In this document: piece by piece, positions 22,513 through 33,036 of the stretch | How positions within the stretch are numbered: position 1 is the stretch's first letter | How the letters are laid out: every line of letters begins with the position of its first letter | Assembly (NCBI GenBank): GCA_963830915.1 | Contig: CAWHOE010000006.1 | Coordinates: 268,197-332,196, forward strand | Length of the DNA stretch: 64,000 bases | Reading direction: 5' to 3' | Source of the DNA: a candidate division FCPU426 bacterium | Lineage (GTDB): Bacteria > Oederibacteriota > Muellerivitia > Muellerivitales > Muellerivitaceae | Notes under the pieces: model-generated | Seen by the model: only the letters and a program-made list of their open reading frames with translations | What the model was told of the DNA's origin: nothing | The model's database searches: none | Made by a program: the position numbers and the translations under genes

Positions 22513-22782
22513 TCAACGTAAGATCAGAAACTTCCCGATCGACCTTCCTTGGGTCGTCTGGACGACCACGTAATAAAGCCCGCTGGCGAGCGGCATGCCC
22601 CACTTGTCTGTCAGGTTCAAGGGTACATCCGTTCCATCGGGTATCTGGTGGTAGGTGTTTTCCTGCACTTTTCTAAAAGCTAACGTGAAGAGTTTCACTT
22701 TTACATCCGAGACCCCGAAATAAGCCGGGGGCCTGATCCGAACCGGCGCTGTCCCGTCCGCCGGATTGGGATATATGACCGG
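22513..22782 (-). repeat. Conserved C-terminal sorting domain, copy 3 of 6
   Basis: [10 protein letters not shown]...[10 protein letters not shown]...[13 protein letters not shown]...GKFLILR. Confidence 0.92.
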
Positions 22783-25700
22783 CACGGCCATAGGCACGGG
22801 TGTCAGCGTCGAAGAGAGGGTGATGGTGGAGGTTGGGGTGAAGGTATAGCTTTGGGTTGGGGTATTTGTTGGAACACCGGTAAAAGTGTTCGAGGGAGTG
22901 AAGGTGTAGGTCCAGGTATTGGTGGGCGTATAGGTCTTAGTGGGAGTGGAAGTCACCGTGAAAGTATAAGTAAAGGTCAGAGTATAAGTGATCGTCGCGG
23001 TATTCGTGGGTGTGAAGGAACTAGTGCACGTGTTCGAATGGGTAGGGGAGAAAGTCATTGTCGGGGTAAAAGTGGCGGTCTGGGTGGCTGTATTGGTCGC
23101 TGTCCAAGTCCTTGTAGCGGTCGAGGTGGATGTTACGGTATCGGTGATGGACGCGGTATTGGTAGGGGTAAATGTTAATGTCGAGGAATTGGTCGAGGTC
23201 GGAGTGAGAGAATAGGTCGGGGTATTGGTGATGGTCATTGTATTGGTAGCCGTAAAGGTGTCGGTAAATGACGGCGTACTGGTAACGGTAAAGGAATAGG
23301 TTGATGTCATGCTCGCTGTGGGCGACAAGGTATAGCTGGGTGTATAGGTGATGGTTAGTGTGTTCGTGGGAGTGTAGCTGTTCACGGGAGTGTTAGTAAT
23401 GGTCGATGTGGCGCTGTTGGTGGCGGTAAGCGTCTGGGTAACCGTAGGCGAGAAAGTGGGTGTCCCAGTTGATGTAGAGGACGCTGTCGAGGTCTGTGAA
23501 GCCGTCCAACTTAGGGTAGGTGTTGGGCTAATGGTATTGGAGGGTGTCGCGCTCGCGCTTGACGTGGCGGAAGCCGTTGGGGTAGGAGTCGGCGTCGAGC
23601 TGACCACCCTGACGTAATCCATCAGTATGTTACAGGTGACCGGCTGGCTTCCCGATTGGTGCCAGAGCTCAAAATCGACCTGGGTCACATTGTTGAAGAC
23701 CACCCCGGTCACGGGGTTGCCGCCGGTTTGCCAGTCGGCGGAAGTGGGAGATATATCGGCGTAAACCGTGGTCCAGGTCCCTGGCGCGGACCAATTATTC
23801 TGGATGGCGCCCTGGACCTGCTCATACCGGGTGCCGTTGTTGTAGAGGATGAACTTGACCTGGATCCCATAGACACCGGCGGGGGCTAACACGTCGCAGG
23901 CCAGTTTGGATTGGCCCGTCCAATTGTAAGGGGTTCCCTGGGTGGTATTGAGGCCCGCGTTGCCCCAGTTGGTCGAGGAGAAACTGACCGGGACGCTCAG
24001 GGAATAACTGCCGTCGGTGGAGGTGCTATTGGTCGTACTCAAAGCCCCGTTGTTGCCGCCATAACCGGCGGAAGTGTAGCCGTTGGTTCCTGTCTCGAAA
24101 CTGTAAACGGCCGTTCCGTTGATGGGCGTGTCCACATAGGGCGTGAGAGACCCGGTAAAACCCCAGCTGACGGCGCTGTTGCGCACGATCTGCGCTTCCC
24201 AATCGGTATGGGGGAAAATATCGAAGGACCCTCCCGGCCCCCAGTTCCAAACGATGACCACGGGAACCGCGGAAGTGAACGCCGTTTGGTAAGCGTAATT
24301 TAGGTAATTCTGCACCATGGTCTGGGGCCAGGAATCCCTGTTGATCCCGAATTCCTCCACCATGAAGGGTTTGGGAAGACCGTCGGCGAAGGCCTTATAG
24401 GTGGGCAGATTGACCCATTCCCCCTGATTGGTGGCGGGAGTGGTGGATGACCAATCGGGATAGATGTGGATGGCCGCGTAATCGATATGGGGATAGGACC
24501 AGATGGTCTGCCAGTAAGGTTTTCCGTAAGGGTCCAGGGGAACGCCATCCGACAGGTGAAGCAATCCCCCGCCGCTCACCAGATGAGTGGTGTCGTCCGC
24601 CTTGAGCCGGTCGGCCACGTGGAATTCCAGGTTTTCGATCAAGGACACGGGACGGCTGTCATCCGTGCAGGCGTTGAAGGGCGTGTTATAGCCGAATGGG
24701 ACCGGCTCCCCCACGATAGAATAGGAAAAGATAACCGGATCGTTCTTGTAGGTCACGCCTGTATAGACGTTGACCCGGGAGGTGACAAAATCCACGAACT
24801 GGTCCCAATAGGTATAGTTGGTGGGGTCATAAGCGTCCAGGCAATTGGCCTTGAAGACCTCGTAGGCGGTGCTCAGGTCCAGTAGCACTTTCAAACCCTG
24901 GTCCTTGCAGTTCTTGATCATCCAGTCGACCGTTTCCCATTGGGCCTCGTTGGACAATTGGGTCATGCTGGCGCTCAACCCCTGCAAGTAATCGGTGGGA
25001 CGGATGACGACCAGTCCATTGGCCTTGGCCCTCATGATCACCCGGTAGGTATAGGCCTGATCGCCGCTGAAGAACGGATAGACCGTGGCCCCGATATCCT
25101 TGAGCGGACCGCCGTTGAGCATGAACTTGTTGCCGGAAGCCGTAACGAAATTGGTCGGTATCGCCGTGGCTGTGGACGTATTGGAAGGACTAGGCGTGGC
25201 AGTGACCGTGGGAGAAAGGGTGGGGGTCGGGGTCCAGGTGATCGTGGGCGTGTAGGTAGACGTGAAACAGGGAGCGGCGGCCTGCTGGTAGGTGTTGTAA
25301 TTATTGTAAAGGGTGGTGGGGGCCGCCCCGTTGGAAGGTTCCATATCGGCCCACTCGAACTGGACCAGGCTGGAGGTAAAGCTTCCATCCACCCAAAGCT
25401 GTGACTTTAGGGTATTGATATCCGTCGGTACCGAGGCGAAGGCCGAGCCATCCACCGGGCAGCCGTGGGTCTGGTGGAAGGATTCCACCGTGGCCCCAAA
25501 AGTCTTGCCATGGGCGGTGCAGGCATTGGCCAGGGCCTGGAAATAATTGGGTACGTCCACGTCCACATTCAGAGCCGAGCCTACCCCGTCCTGCGCCAGC
25601 ACCCCGTTCAAACTAGTGACTGTCGTGAAGAAATTGTTCCACCAGGTTTGGTAAACGTCCGCCGGCACACTGGGCCCAAAAAAGGGCGCGATGATGACGG

Positions 25701-28329
25701 GCAAACTGGCGGACTTGCCTTTGCAATAGGCCGCCACGCTCTGTTCCCAGTTGGCCAGCAGGGTCTGGGGTCCCGCGGCCTGCCACTGGAGGTCGTCGAT
25801 CTCTTGCGGGATATACCACCCGCCGAACGCCGGGTTGGCCCCATACCGGGTCCAAAGCTCGTCGATGACCTGTTGGTCCTTGGCCAATAGACCGCTGTAG
25901 GTGGCGGCCTGGGTTTTGTCCGCCGTGTTCCAGCTGTCGGAAAAGAAGAGACCCACCACCACCTTCAGGCCGTTGGTCTGGGCCGCATTCATGATGTAAT
26001 CGATGGTCGGATAACTGCTGGTCACCCACCCAAGGGAAGAGGGATACCAGGCCACGTATTGGGTGCCCCCCGTGTCGGACCAGATGCCGTATTGGACGTA
26101 GATAGTGTTCTGGCATTGTGCCTTCATCCTCGCGGCCTCGGTGTTCCACTGGGTCTGGGTCCAAGTCCCGCAATTACAGCCGGCGGTATTCCAAAGCTGG
26201 AACCAGGAACCGGAAAGGATGGAGTTGTTCGTGGGCTGGGTATACAGGGTCAACTGTCTCAGATCGTCCAGGTGGATGGTATTGGCCACCGCGGTGGATC
26301 CGGTAGAGACCGCCCGGGCCGACCACTTGCCGATGCGGTTCAAGGCAATAGCTCCACTTCGGGTACCGGAAAAAAGCTGGAAGGCGGTATAGGGCATGAC
26401 CACCTTCGTCCAATTTCCGGAAGAAAGCACGGTCGTATTGTCGCAATACCAGACATCATCCTGGGAGGAACTGAAACTTCCGTCCATGTTATGGTCCTCA
26501 AAAAGCATGAAACGAAAGGTCTCGGTGGAGCCGGCGGTTCCCTGCACCCAGATGGAGAGTCCGTAGGGCTGGAAAGATAGGTCCTGGGTCTTGGTCGTAT
26601 AATTTTTAAGCGCTTCGGCGAAATTTCCCGCGCCAGCGTTCAGGTTGTAGCTGATCTTCAGGCTGGCTCCCCCTTCCTGGTAGTCGGTGGTATCGATGCT
26701 GGACGTTTCGGTTCCGCCATAGGCGTCGATATAAAGGGCGATATCGCAAGGTGGCGTCAAGGAGTTGAAGCTCTCCAACTGCTTCTCAGCGTTCCAGGTG
26801 GCGGTAGCCGTTGGGGTCGGCGTGTAGGTGAAGGTGGGGGTAGGAAGCGAACAGCTGTCGGTCGGCGAGGGGGTTTGCGTCATAGCGACGGTTTGAAATG
26901 TCACGTCCGAGGTGGTCGTATTCAACAAGTACACGTTCGAAAAACCGCCTGGAGTCGCGTCGATTGTGAAATTGGTGAAGGTCACTCCCTGCAGGGGTAC
27001 GGATGCGTTGTAACTCATGAGATTCCCCAGGTAAAGTTGGGGACCTGAAACTTGAGCCAAGTTGGTGACATCGATATTCTGCACGATCCCGTCGGCGACC
27101 GGGTCATAGACCCAGGTACAGGCCGCGTTGAACTCGAACAATCGGCCCGCCGGGTCCTCCACCCTGTTATTCCAATAATGGATGTTCTGGACCAGCGAGT
27201 CTCCCCCGTCGTGGATCCCCAAGGCGGCGAAGATGGGCATGGCCACCGGGGGGCCAGGCACATTGATGAAATCGTTGTTCTGGACCGTCACGGCCTGGAT
27301 GGGGTCGGAAGCCCCTGAAAAGATCTCCGCTCCAATCTCGACCCCTCGGGCCCAGGTCGGGTCGAGCACGTTATCGTGAATAAAAACGTTCTGGCTCGAA
27401 GGGGCCATGCAAGTGATGGAACCGTCGGAGCAATTCATCTGCCGGGCCTTGATGGCGATGGCGTCGTCATCGGTGTAAAAGAAGCTGTTCTTCACTTCCA
27501 CCTGTTTGGTGGAAACCAGATCTAATCCGTCACACCCGTTCCCGTTCTGGGCCAGGACCTTGTAATTGCTCACCATCACGTTCGTGCATCCCCAGAAGAC
27601 GCTAGTCCATGCGTTCGGCTGCCCGTCGGCGAAAATAAGGTCCTGAAGAGTGACCGCGTTGGCGTTCGTAGCCAGGCACATGGAACCGGTGAGCCAAGTA
27701 TTGGCCAATCCATTCCCGCTCAATATCCCCCGGCCTCGGATACAAACATTGCTCGCCCCGTCCTGTACCCGCACCTGTCCGTAAACAAAAGCCCCGCCTG
27801 CCAGATAAAGAATTTGGTTGCTGGCGACCGTGATGGGATTGGAGACCGTGTAAAGCCCCGGGGCGTAATAGATCACGTTGGGCCCGCCCGAACTGGGCGC
27901 CCCCGATTCAGGAGGGTTGACGAACAGTAGAAGGGGTTTATTCATCCCGTTGAACTCAAGCTGGATCGATCGGGGAGTGCCCAAGGTGAAGGTGACGGTA
28001 TTGCCGGCGAAGGTCGGGTTTAAGTTTGCGGATTTAGGCCGAAGGACAAAACTGGGAAACCCATAGGAGGAATAGACCTGGATGGTCACACAACTACCCA
28101 TATCGAAAGTGGCATAGTCCGCGTCCGCGCCCGTCATCTGCCCGTCGTAAACCGGTACCGGACTGCCATTGACCGTCACTGCGTAATCCGAAGCTAGCGG
28201 CGCCCCCGATGGTGCGGGGTAAATGGTCACCTGACCCAAGGCCCCTGACACGACGACACAAAAGATCAGAGGCAAGGTTGCAATAAAACATTTTATGTTT
28301 TTCTCGAATGGGAAAAACGTTTTAAACAT
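22513..28329 (-). CDS. Giant secreted tri-catalytic protein: beta-helix (GH28/GH49-like), CBM-like, DUF4434-like barrel, GH5 (mannanase-like), CBM-like, x-Thr stalk, T9SS-like CTD
   Basis: LYLAGGAFVYG, IRGRGILSG, CDGLD, YTDDDAIAIK (beta-helix); LSGSWFQ...FGGWYIPQEIDD...QDGVG (DUF4434-like); YTGVTYKNDP, GEP, IHIYP, KPFMVEEFG (GH5). Confidence 0.82.
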   Translation of the reverse strand: MFKTFFPFEKNIKCFIATLPLIFCVVVSGALGQVTIYPAPSGAPLASDYAVTVNGSPVPVYDGQMTGADADYATFDMGSCVTIQVYSSYGFPSFVLRPKSANLNPTFAGNTVTFTLGTPRSIQLEFNGMNKPLLLFVNPPESGAPSSGGPNVIYYAPGLYTVSNPITVASNQILYLAGGAFVYGQVRVQDGASNVCIRGRGILSGNGLANTWLTGSMCLATNANAVTLQDLIFADGQPNAWTSVFWGCTNVMVSNYKVLAQNGNGCDGLDLVSTKQVEVKNSFFYTDDDAIAIKARQMNCSDGSITCMAPSSQNVFIHDNVLDPTWARGVEIGAEIFSGASDPIQAVTVQNNDFINVPGPPVAMPIFAALGIHDGGDSLVQNIHYWNNRVEDPAGRLFEFNAACTWVYDPVADGIVQNIDVTNLAQVSGPQLYLGNLMSYNASVPLQGVTFTNFTIDATPGGFSNVYLLNTTTSDVTFQTVAMTQTPSPTDSCSLPTPTFTYTPTPTATATWNAEKQLESFNSLTPPCDIALYIDAYGGTETSSIDTTDYQEGGASLKISYNLNAGAGNFAEALKNYTTKTQDLSFQPYGLSIWVQGTAGSTETFRFMLFEDHNMDGSFSSSQDDVWYCDNTTVLSSGNWTKVVMPYTAFQLFSGTRSGAIALNRIGKWSARAVSTGSTAVANTIHLDDLRQLTLYTQPTNNSILSGSWFQLWNTAGCNCGTWTQTQWNTEAARMKAQCQNTIYVQYGIWSDTGGTQYVAWYPSSLGWVTSSYPTIDYIMNAAQTNGLKVVVGLFFSDSWNTADKTQAATYSGLLAKDQQVIDELWTRYGANPAFGGWYIPQEIDDLQWQAAGPQTLLANWEQSVAAYCKGKSASLPVIIAPFFGPSVPADVYQTWWNNFFTTVTSLNGVLAQDGVGSALNVDVDVPNYFQALANACTAHGKTFGATVESFHQTHGCPVDGSAFASVPTDINTLKSQLWVDGSFTSSLVQFEWADMEPSNGAAPTTLYNNYNTYQQAAAPCFTSTYTPTITWTPTPTLSPTVTATPSPSNTSTATAIPTNFVTASGNKFMLNGGPLKDIGATVYPFFSGDQAYTYRVIMRAKANGLVVIRPTDYLQGLSASMTQLSNEAQWETVDWMIKNCKDQGLKVLLDLSTAYEVFKANCLDAYDPTNYTYWDQFVDFVTSRVNVYTGVTYKNDPVIFSYSIVGEPVPFGYNTPFNACTDDSRPVSLIENLEFHVADRLKADDTTHLVSGGGLLHLSDGVPLDPYGKPYWQTIWSYPHIDYAAIHIYPDWSSTTPATNQGEWVNLPTYKAFADGLPKPFMVEEFGINRDSWPQTMVQNYLNYAYQTAFTSAVPVVIVWNWGPGGSFDIFPHTDWEAQIVRNSAVSWGFTGSLTPYVDTPINGTAVYSFETGTNGYTSAGYGGNNGALSTTNSTSTDGSYSLSVPVSFSSTNWGNAGLNTTQGTPYNWTGQSKLACDVLAPAGVYGIQVKFILYNNGTRYEQVQGAIQNNWSAPGTWTTVYADISPTSADWQTGGNPVTGVVFNNVTQVDFELWHQSGSQPVTCNILMDYVRVVSSTPTPTPTASATSSASATPSNTISPTPTLSWTASQTSTASSTSTGTPTFSPTVTQTLTATNSATSTITNTPVNSYTPTNTLTITYTPSYTLSPTASMTSTYSFTVTSTPSFTDTFTATNTMTITNTPTYSLTPTSTNSSTLTFTPTNTASITDTVTSTSTATRTWTATNTATQTATFTPTMTFSPTHSNTCTSSFTPTNTATITYTLTFTYTFTVTSTPTKTYTPTNTWTYTFTPSNTFTGVPTNTPTQSYTFTPTSTITLSSTLTPVPMAVPVIYPNPADGTAPVRIRPPAYFGVSDVKVKLFTLAFRKVQENTYHQIPDGTDVPLNLTDKWGMPLASGLYYVVVQTTQGRSIGKFLILR

Positions 28330-28360
28330 AATGGTTGAACACCTTATAAAAACGTTTTAA
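28313..28360. promoter_or_regulatory. Two copies of a palindromic operator-like motif (AAAAACGTTTTAA)
   Basis: Identical 13-mers at 28313-28325 and 28348-28360 flank the start codon at 28329; CG-centred palindrome of the LacI-operator type. Confidence 0.45.
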
Positions 28361-28529
28361 GCAGAAACACTAAAATAACACCCTCAACTACTCTGAAACC
28401 CTGAAATAAAACTGAGTCCAACTTTTTCAGAAGTTAGAACCGATGCCTTATTTTACCGCAGAGAAAGGAAAAAAGATTTTATTTGGGAATGAAGCTGATT
28501 TTACAAAGAAAAAGACGATTTGGCTGATC

Positions 28530-28799
28530 CTATCGAAGGATCAAGAATTTCGCGATGGTCCGTCCCTGGGATGTGTTTACGACCACATAGTACAACCCGC
28601 TGGCAAGCGGCTTACCCCATTTGTCCATCAGGCTGATGGGAACATCCACGCCGGCCGGTACCTGCGGATAAGTGTTGTCCTGCACTTTTCGGAATGCCAG
28701 GGTGAATATCCGTACTTTCACGTCCGAAAACCCAAGATAAGCGGGAGGCCTGAGGCGCACCGGCTCAGTCCCATCCGCAGGGTTGGGATAGACCACAGG
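28530..28799 (-). repeat. Conserved C-terminal sorting domain, copy 4 of 6
   Basis: [10 protein letters not shown]...[10 protein letters not shown]...[13 protein letters not shown]...AKFLILR. Confidence 0.92.
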
Positions 28800-31700
28800 T
28801 ACGGAAACCGGAACAGGGGTCAAGGTGGGCGTCTCGGTGGATGATTGGGTGGAAGTCGGGCTAAAGGTAGGGGTTGGGGTGGCTTGGCTTATGATGGCTT
28901 GAAGGTTCGGAATAATATTGTTAAAGGCGACAGCCTGGCCATTGGTCCCGCTTGTTCCCCCTAAACTGGCAAAGTAAGTTCCTGTGGCGGTCGAAGTAAA
29001 TCCGGTAAGGATGTCATAAACCACCGATCCGTGGGCCGGGATGACGTCGTTAAAATTAAAGGTCGCGATGATCCCGGCGATCGTCGCGGTCGCGATGACC
29101 GCGCCGTTCTTCTCCAGCACCAATGAGGTGATGTTCGAGAAAAGGTTGTTCGTTTCAGTGACCGCCAAGCTGGTCATGGTGACCGGACCGGCGCTGGGGT
29201 TGGTGAATTCGGGCTCGGAGATCGTGACACCGGAAGCCCCGCTTAATTCTACAAGAGTGGTAGGAGGAGCGGATGGGCCCTGGCTTCCCAAGACCGTAAT
29301 CTGGGTAGGCGTGGGCGTATTGGTCCAAGTGAAGGTAGGGGTGTTGGTCCAGGTGAAAGTATTGGTTCCCGTAGAGGTCTGGGTGGGCGTTCCTGTGGTA
29401 GTGAACGTATCGGTCATGGTCATTGTATTGGTCAGAGTCGAAGTGACCGTAGGGGTCAGGGTCAATGTGGGCGTGAAAGTCAGGATCGGGGATAAGGTAG
29501 ATGTTGAAGTGAAAGTCATCGTTGCCGTGGAGGTCGGGGTGCGCGTAAAGGTTCCCGTGGCCGAATTCGTCGGGGTTAAGGTTATAGTCGGCGTAACCGA
29601 AGGCGTAGCGGTGAGGGATGCCGTAGGCGTCATCGAATCCGTCGGTGTAAAAGTGATCGTGGAACTGTAAGTATTGGTGGGTGAGAACTGCATCGTATCG
29701 GTCGATGTCGCGGTAGCGGTATTGGTGGATGTTTTGGTGGACGTGTTCGTCCATGTACTGGTCGAGGAGTTCGTGGAAGAAGAGGTATTGGTCAAAGTTG
29801 GTGTAAAGGTCAGGGTCGGCGTCAAACTTGGGCTAGAAGTGGATGTATTCGTTTCCGTTAGCGTGAAGGTGGAGGTAATAAGAGGACTGTTGGTAGGGGT
29901 ATTTGTTACCGTCGCCGTAAGAGTACGGGTCGAGGTGTTCGTGGGTGACGCCGAGAAAGTTGTGGTATTAGTTAAAGTTGGTGTTGCAGTTCGGGTTCCA
30001 GTATTGGTAGCTGTGCTCGTGAAAGTGGATGTGTTAGTAGTCGTTAATGTAGGTGTAAGGGTCGCGGTTTCGGTCGGAGTTTTGGTCGGTGTCGACGTCG
30101 GACTGATCGTTAGGGTTGGTGTGGAAGTAAACGTAGGGGTCTTGGTAGATGTGGAAGTTGCGGTATTAGTAGGAGTATTCGTCGGTGTATTGGTTGGTGT
30201 GGATACGGTGATATCACCGTATAGAATGCCCCGACCGTTGCAGCCCAGATACATCCTCCCATAAACCAGCTCGTCCCCTGACGCGAAGTTGGGGGAACCA
30301 AATTGATGGTTGGCATCGTTCACTCTTACCCAAGTGGTCCCAATACCGTCATCACAACGGTAGAAACCATAAGTCCCGTTATAGGTCCCGACCATAAAGA
30401 CCGCAGGATGGGTATATCCGCTGGCCGCTTTGCCGAAGCCAACACTCGAGGGGTTAGTGACATTGGCGATTTGGGTCGTGGTAACCGCGCCCAAGCCCAC
30501 ATTGGTAAATCGGTAGAGTCCCGTGCTGGTGGGCACCCAGACTTCCCCAGCGACACCAAAAACAGGCCTTGGACGACTATTCCAGTTCAGGGTTCCGCCG
30601 AAAGTGCCTGCCACAGAAAAGCTTGCGCCATAATTGGTGCTCACGTAAAGGTTCGTTCCTGAAACACCATAAATGATGGTCGCGCCCATCTTGTCGGAGG
30701 CTACTTGGGCGCCGTTGGGCAATCCAGTACAGGTGGTCCAAGTCCCGCCCAGGGAGGAGGCGTAGGCCGGGGAGCCGTAACCATTGTAGGGACAGACCAC
30801 CACATGCATTCCATCGGTGGATATAGCCACTGAACTCATTTGGTTCGTCGTGCCATAACCCGGCGGAGCCGAACCCCAAGGAGTCCAGGACTGGCCGTTG
30901 TTGGTCGAATAGGCTACGTCGGACGTTACCGCCCCGCTATTACCCACCCGCACCACATCATTGGTATTAAGTTCGGCGAAATCCACGCAATTGGTATTAT
31001 TGTCGAAAGGGGTGCAATACATCCCCGCCGCTGGCGATTGGGTTATATTGGTGTGCCTCATTCCGCTGATATCGCCCATCGCACTGAAAAGGACCCCTCC
31101 CGCCACTGAACTGGTGAGATGAAGGATGGCTGTTTCCTCCAAACCATAGTCGGTGAAGGTCCATGTCACACCGGCCGGTTGGGTCGCGGCGTTGATGTTG
31201 GTACTGGACCAGATGCCACCACCGGTCGTGTAGATGGCGTTATTGGAATTGAAAGGGTCGATCTTGATATCACCCGCCCAACCAGCTCCCCCGTCGTTGG
31301 TACCACAGAACCGGGTCCAGATGGCGCCATTGTTGTTGTAATTGGCGAAGGGTCCACCATTCCAACCGGTGCTCACGTTCCCAATGGTGGTCCAGGCTCC
31401 GCCCGCGTTCGTCGTACTTAGTATTTTATCGTTAGCTCCCCACCAATCAAGCGTAGAGACCACCACATGCTGGGCGTTTTGCTGGTCCACGCAGATTCCC
31501 CCGTAACCTCCACTGCCGCCCGGAGGGCCGCCCGCCGGAGTAACGTTGGCCCAAGCTAATGTTGAAGTGTTTAATTTCCATACTTGTCCATTCGTGATTC
31601 CGTTTGGCCCGTAACCGCCACTATCATAGTTGATCCATAAATTTCCATCAGTCCCGAGGGAAGCGTGCGGTGTGATCATATTGGTAGGACCACCCGGAAC

Positions 31701-32399
31701 CACCGCCCAACTAGCGCCCGCGTTGGTGGACCGATAAAGACTGCTGTTGCCCGCGTTCATGGAATCCACACCCACAAAAATGGTCTCAGCCCCAGCACTA
31801 GGATTCCCACCAGGCAGGAATATCTCATAACTGATCCCATAACCCGCGTCCCCATTGGTCGGGAAAGTCGTTACCTGGGTCCAGCTGGCCGCCGAATTGG
31901 TGCTTTTCCACAGACCATTACTGCGGGATCCGAAATAGAGGATGGTCACCGCGTTTGGGTCTACCACTAAACGTTCACCCGCGTTCCGACCATCGTTGTT
32001 GCCACCCACCGGCACCGGAAGGGCGTATTGGGTCCAACTGGACCCTTGATTGGTGGAGGCGAGAACGTAACCATTCCCCCCGCTGTAAGTCTGACCGATC
32101 GCCGCGTAGACGTTATTTGCGTTTACTGGATCCGGCGCAATACTTTCAATGCCGTATAAATTCCAATCGCTCAAGAAATCGGTGAGAGGCACCCAAACAC
32201 TGTTGGTGTTGTCCCAGCGATAGGCTCCCCCCATGTCGGTACGCATATAAATAAGATTCTGGGATACTGGACTGTAAACGATGCCGGATACATAGCCCCC
32301 GGCGGGAACAACAACATTTTTCCATGTGTATTGAGCAAATGCTGGGACACACCAACCCAAGAGTAAAAGAAAAGGAATTATTTTTTTATGTAACTTCAT
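28530..32399 (-). CDS. GH74 xyloglucanase with x-Thr stalk, shared beta domain and T9SS-like CTD
   Basis: [71 protein letters not shown]; both catalytic Asp motifs present. Confidence 0.92.
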   Translation of the reverse strand: MKLHKKIIPFLLLLGWCVPAFAQYTWKNVVVPAGGYVSGIVYSPVSQNLIYMRTDMGGAYRWDNTNSVWVPLTDFLSDWNLYGIESIAPDPVNANNVYAAIGQTYSGGNGYVLASTNQGSSWTQYALPVPVGGNNDGRNAGERLVVDPNAVTILYFGSRSNGLWKSTNSAASWTQVTTFPTNGDAGYGISYEIFLPGGNPSAGAETIFVGVDSMNAGNSSLYRSTNAGASWAVVPGGPTNMITPHASLGTDGNLWINYDSGGYGPNGITNGQVWKLNTSTLAWANVTPAGGPPGGSGGYGGICVDQQNAQHVVVSTLDWWGANDKILSTTNAGGAWTTIGNVSTGWNGGPFANYNNNGAIWTRFCGTNDGGAGWAGDIKIDPFNSNNAIYTTGGGIWSSTNINAATQPAGVTWTFTDYGLEETAILHLTSSVAGGVLFSAMGDISGMRHTNITQSPAAGMYCTPFDNNTNCVDFAELNTNDVVRVGNSGAVTSDVAYSTNNGQSWTPWGSAPPGYGTTNQMSSVAISTDGMHVVVCPYNGYGSPAYASSLGGTWTTCTGLPNGAQVASDKMGATIIYGVSGTNLYVSTNYGASFSVAGTFGGTLNWNSRPRPVFGVAGEVWVPTSTGLYRFTNVGLGAVTTTQIANVTNPSSVGFGKAASGYTHPAVFMVGTYNGTYGFYRCDDGIGTTWVRVNDANHQFGSPNFASGDELVYGRMYLGCNGRGILYGDITVSTPTNTPTNTPTNTATSTSTKTPTFTSTPTLTISPTSTPTKTPTETATLTPTLTTTNTSTFTSTATNTGTRTATPTLTNTTTFSASPTNTSTRTLTATVTNTPTNSPLITSTFTLTETNTSTSSPSLTPTLTFTPTLTNTSSSTNSSTSTWTNTSTKTSTNTATATSTDTMQFSPTNTYSSTITFTPTDSMTPTASLTATPSVTPTITLTPTNSATGTFTRTPTSTATMTFTSTSTLSPILTFTPTLTLTPTVTSTLTNTMTMTDTFTTTGTPTQTSTGTNTFTWTNTPTFTWTNTPTPTQITVLGSQGPSAPPTTLVELSGASGVTISEPEFTNPSAGPVTMTSLAVTETNNLFSNITSLVLEKNGAVIATATIAGIIATFNFNDVIPAHGSVVYDILTGFTSTATGTYFASLGGTSGTNGQAVAFNNIIPNLQAIISQATPTPTFSPTSTQSSTETPTLTPVPVSVPVVYPNPADGTEPVRLRPPAYLGFSDVKVRIFTLAFRKVQDNTYPQVPAGVDVPISLMDKWGKPLASGLYYVVVNTSQGRTIAKFLILR

Positions 32400-32766
32400 C
32401 TCTTTATAACCCTGTAAAATCGTTTTCAGGAAGCGGTATAACTACAAAAACCAATAACCTTTCATTGGTTAAAATCACTCAAGAAAGTTTACCGCAGACA
32501 TTAAAAACAATGTTCATTCACGCATACTTTTGCTAGCAATTTCAAACGATAAAACACCCTGGTTGGACGTTTCATTCACAATTTCTTTAATAAGTCCCCA
32601 TCCAAAAAACTTCTCATCTCAGAAAACTCCTGAGACTTAGAGCCTCATGAGCGAAAATATATTCCATACAATTTTTTATCGTTAATTTTAGACAGGTTAA
32701 TTGCCCTGGAAACTAAACAGACATTAACCAATTGAATGGATTTGTTCTAATGGATAATCTGAAAGA

Positions 32767-33036
32767 TTAGCGAAGGAGCAACAATTTGCCGATCGAACGC
32801 CCTCTGTTCGTTGAAACAACCACGTAATAAAGACCGCTGGCCATTGGTTTTCCCCACTTGTCGTTAAGCAGTAGGGGAATATCCTGACCCGCTGGGACTG
32901 AGTGGTAGAACTTCTCTTGCACTTTGCGGAAAGCGACAGTGAAAACTTGGATCTTCACATCGGAAATTCCGAAATAAGCGGATGGATGGATGCTAACCGG
33001 CCCGCTTCCATCGCTCGGATTCGGATAAAGGACTGG
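32767..33036 (-). repeat. Conserved C-terminal sorting domain, copy 5 of 6
   Basis: PVLYPNPSDG...VFTVAFRKVQ...DKWGKPMASGLYY...GKLLLLR. Confidence 0.9.

Noticed and set aside
29041..30264. Val/Gly-rich plus-strand ORFs (also 10680, 22988, 23390, 33482, 34136, 37479, 37770)
   Set aside because: Antisense shadows of the Thr/Pro stalks.
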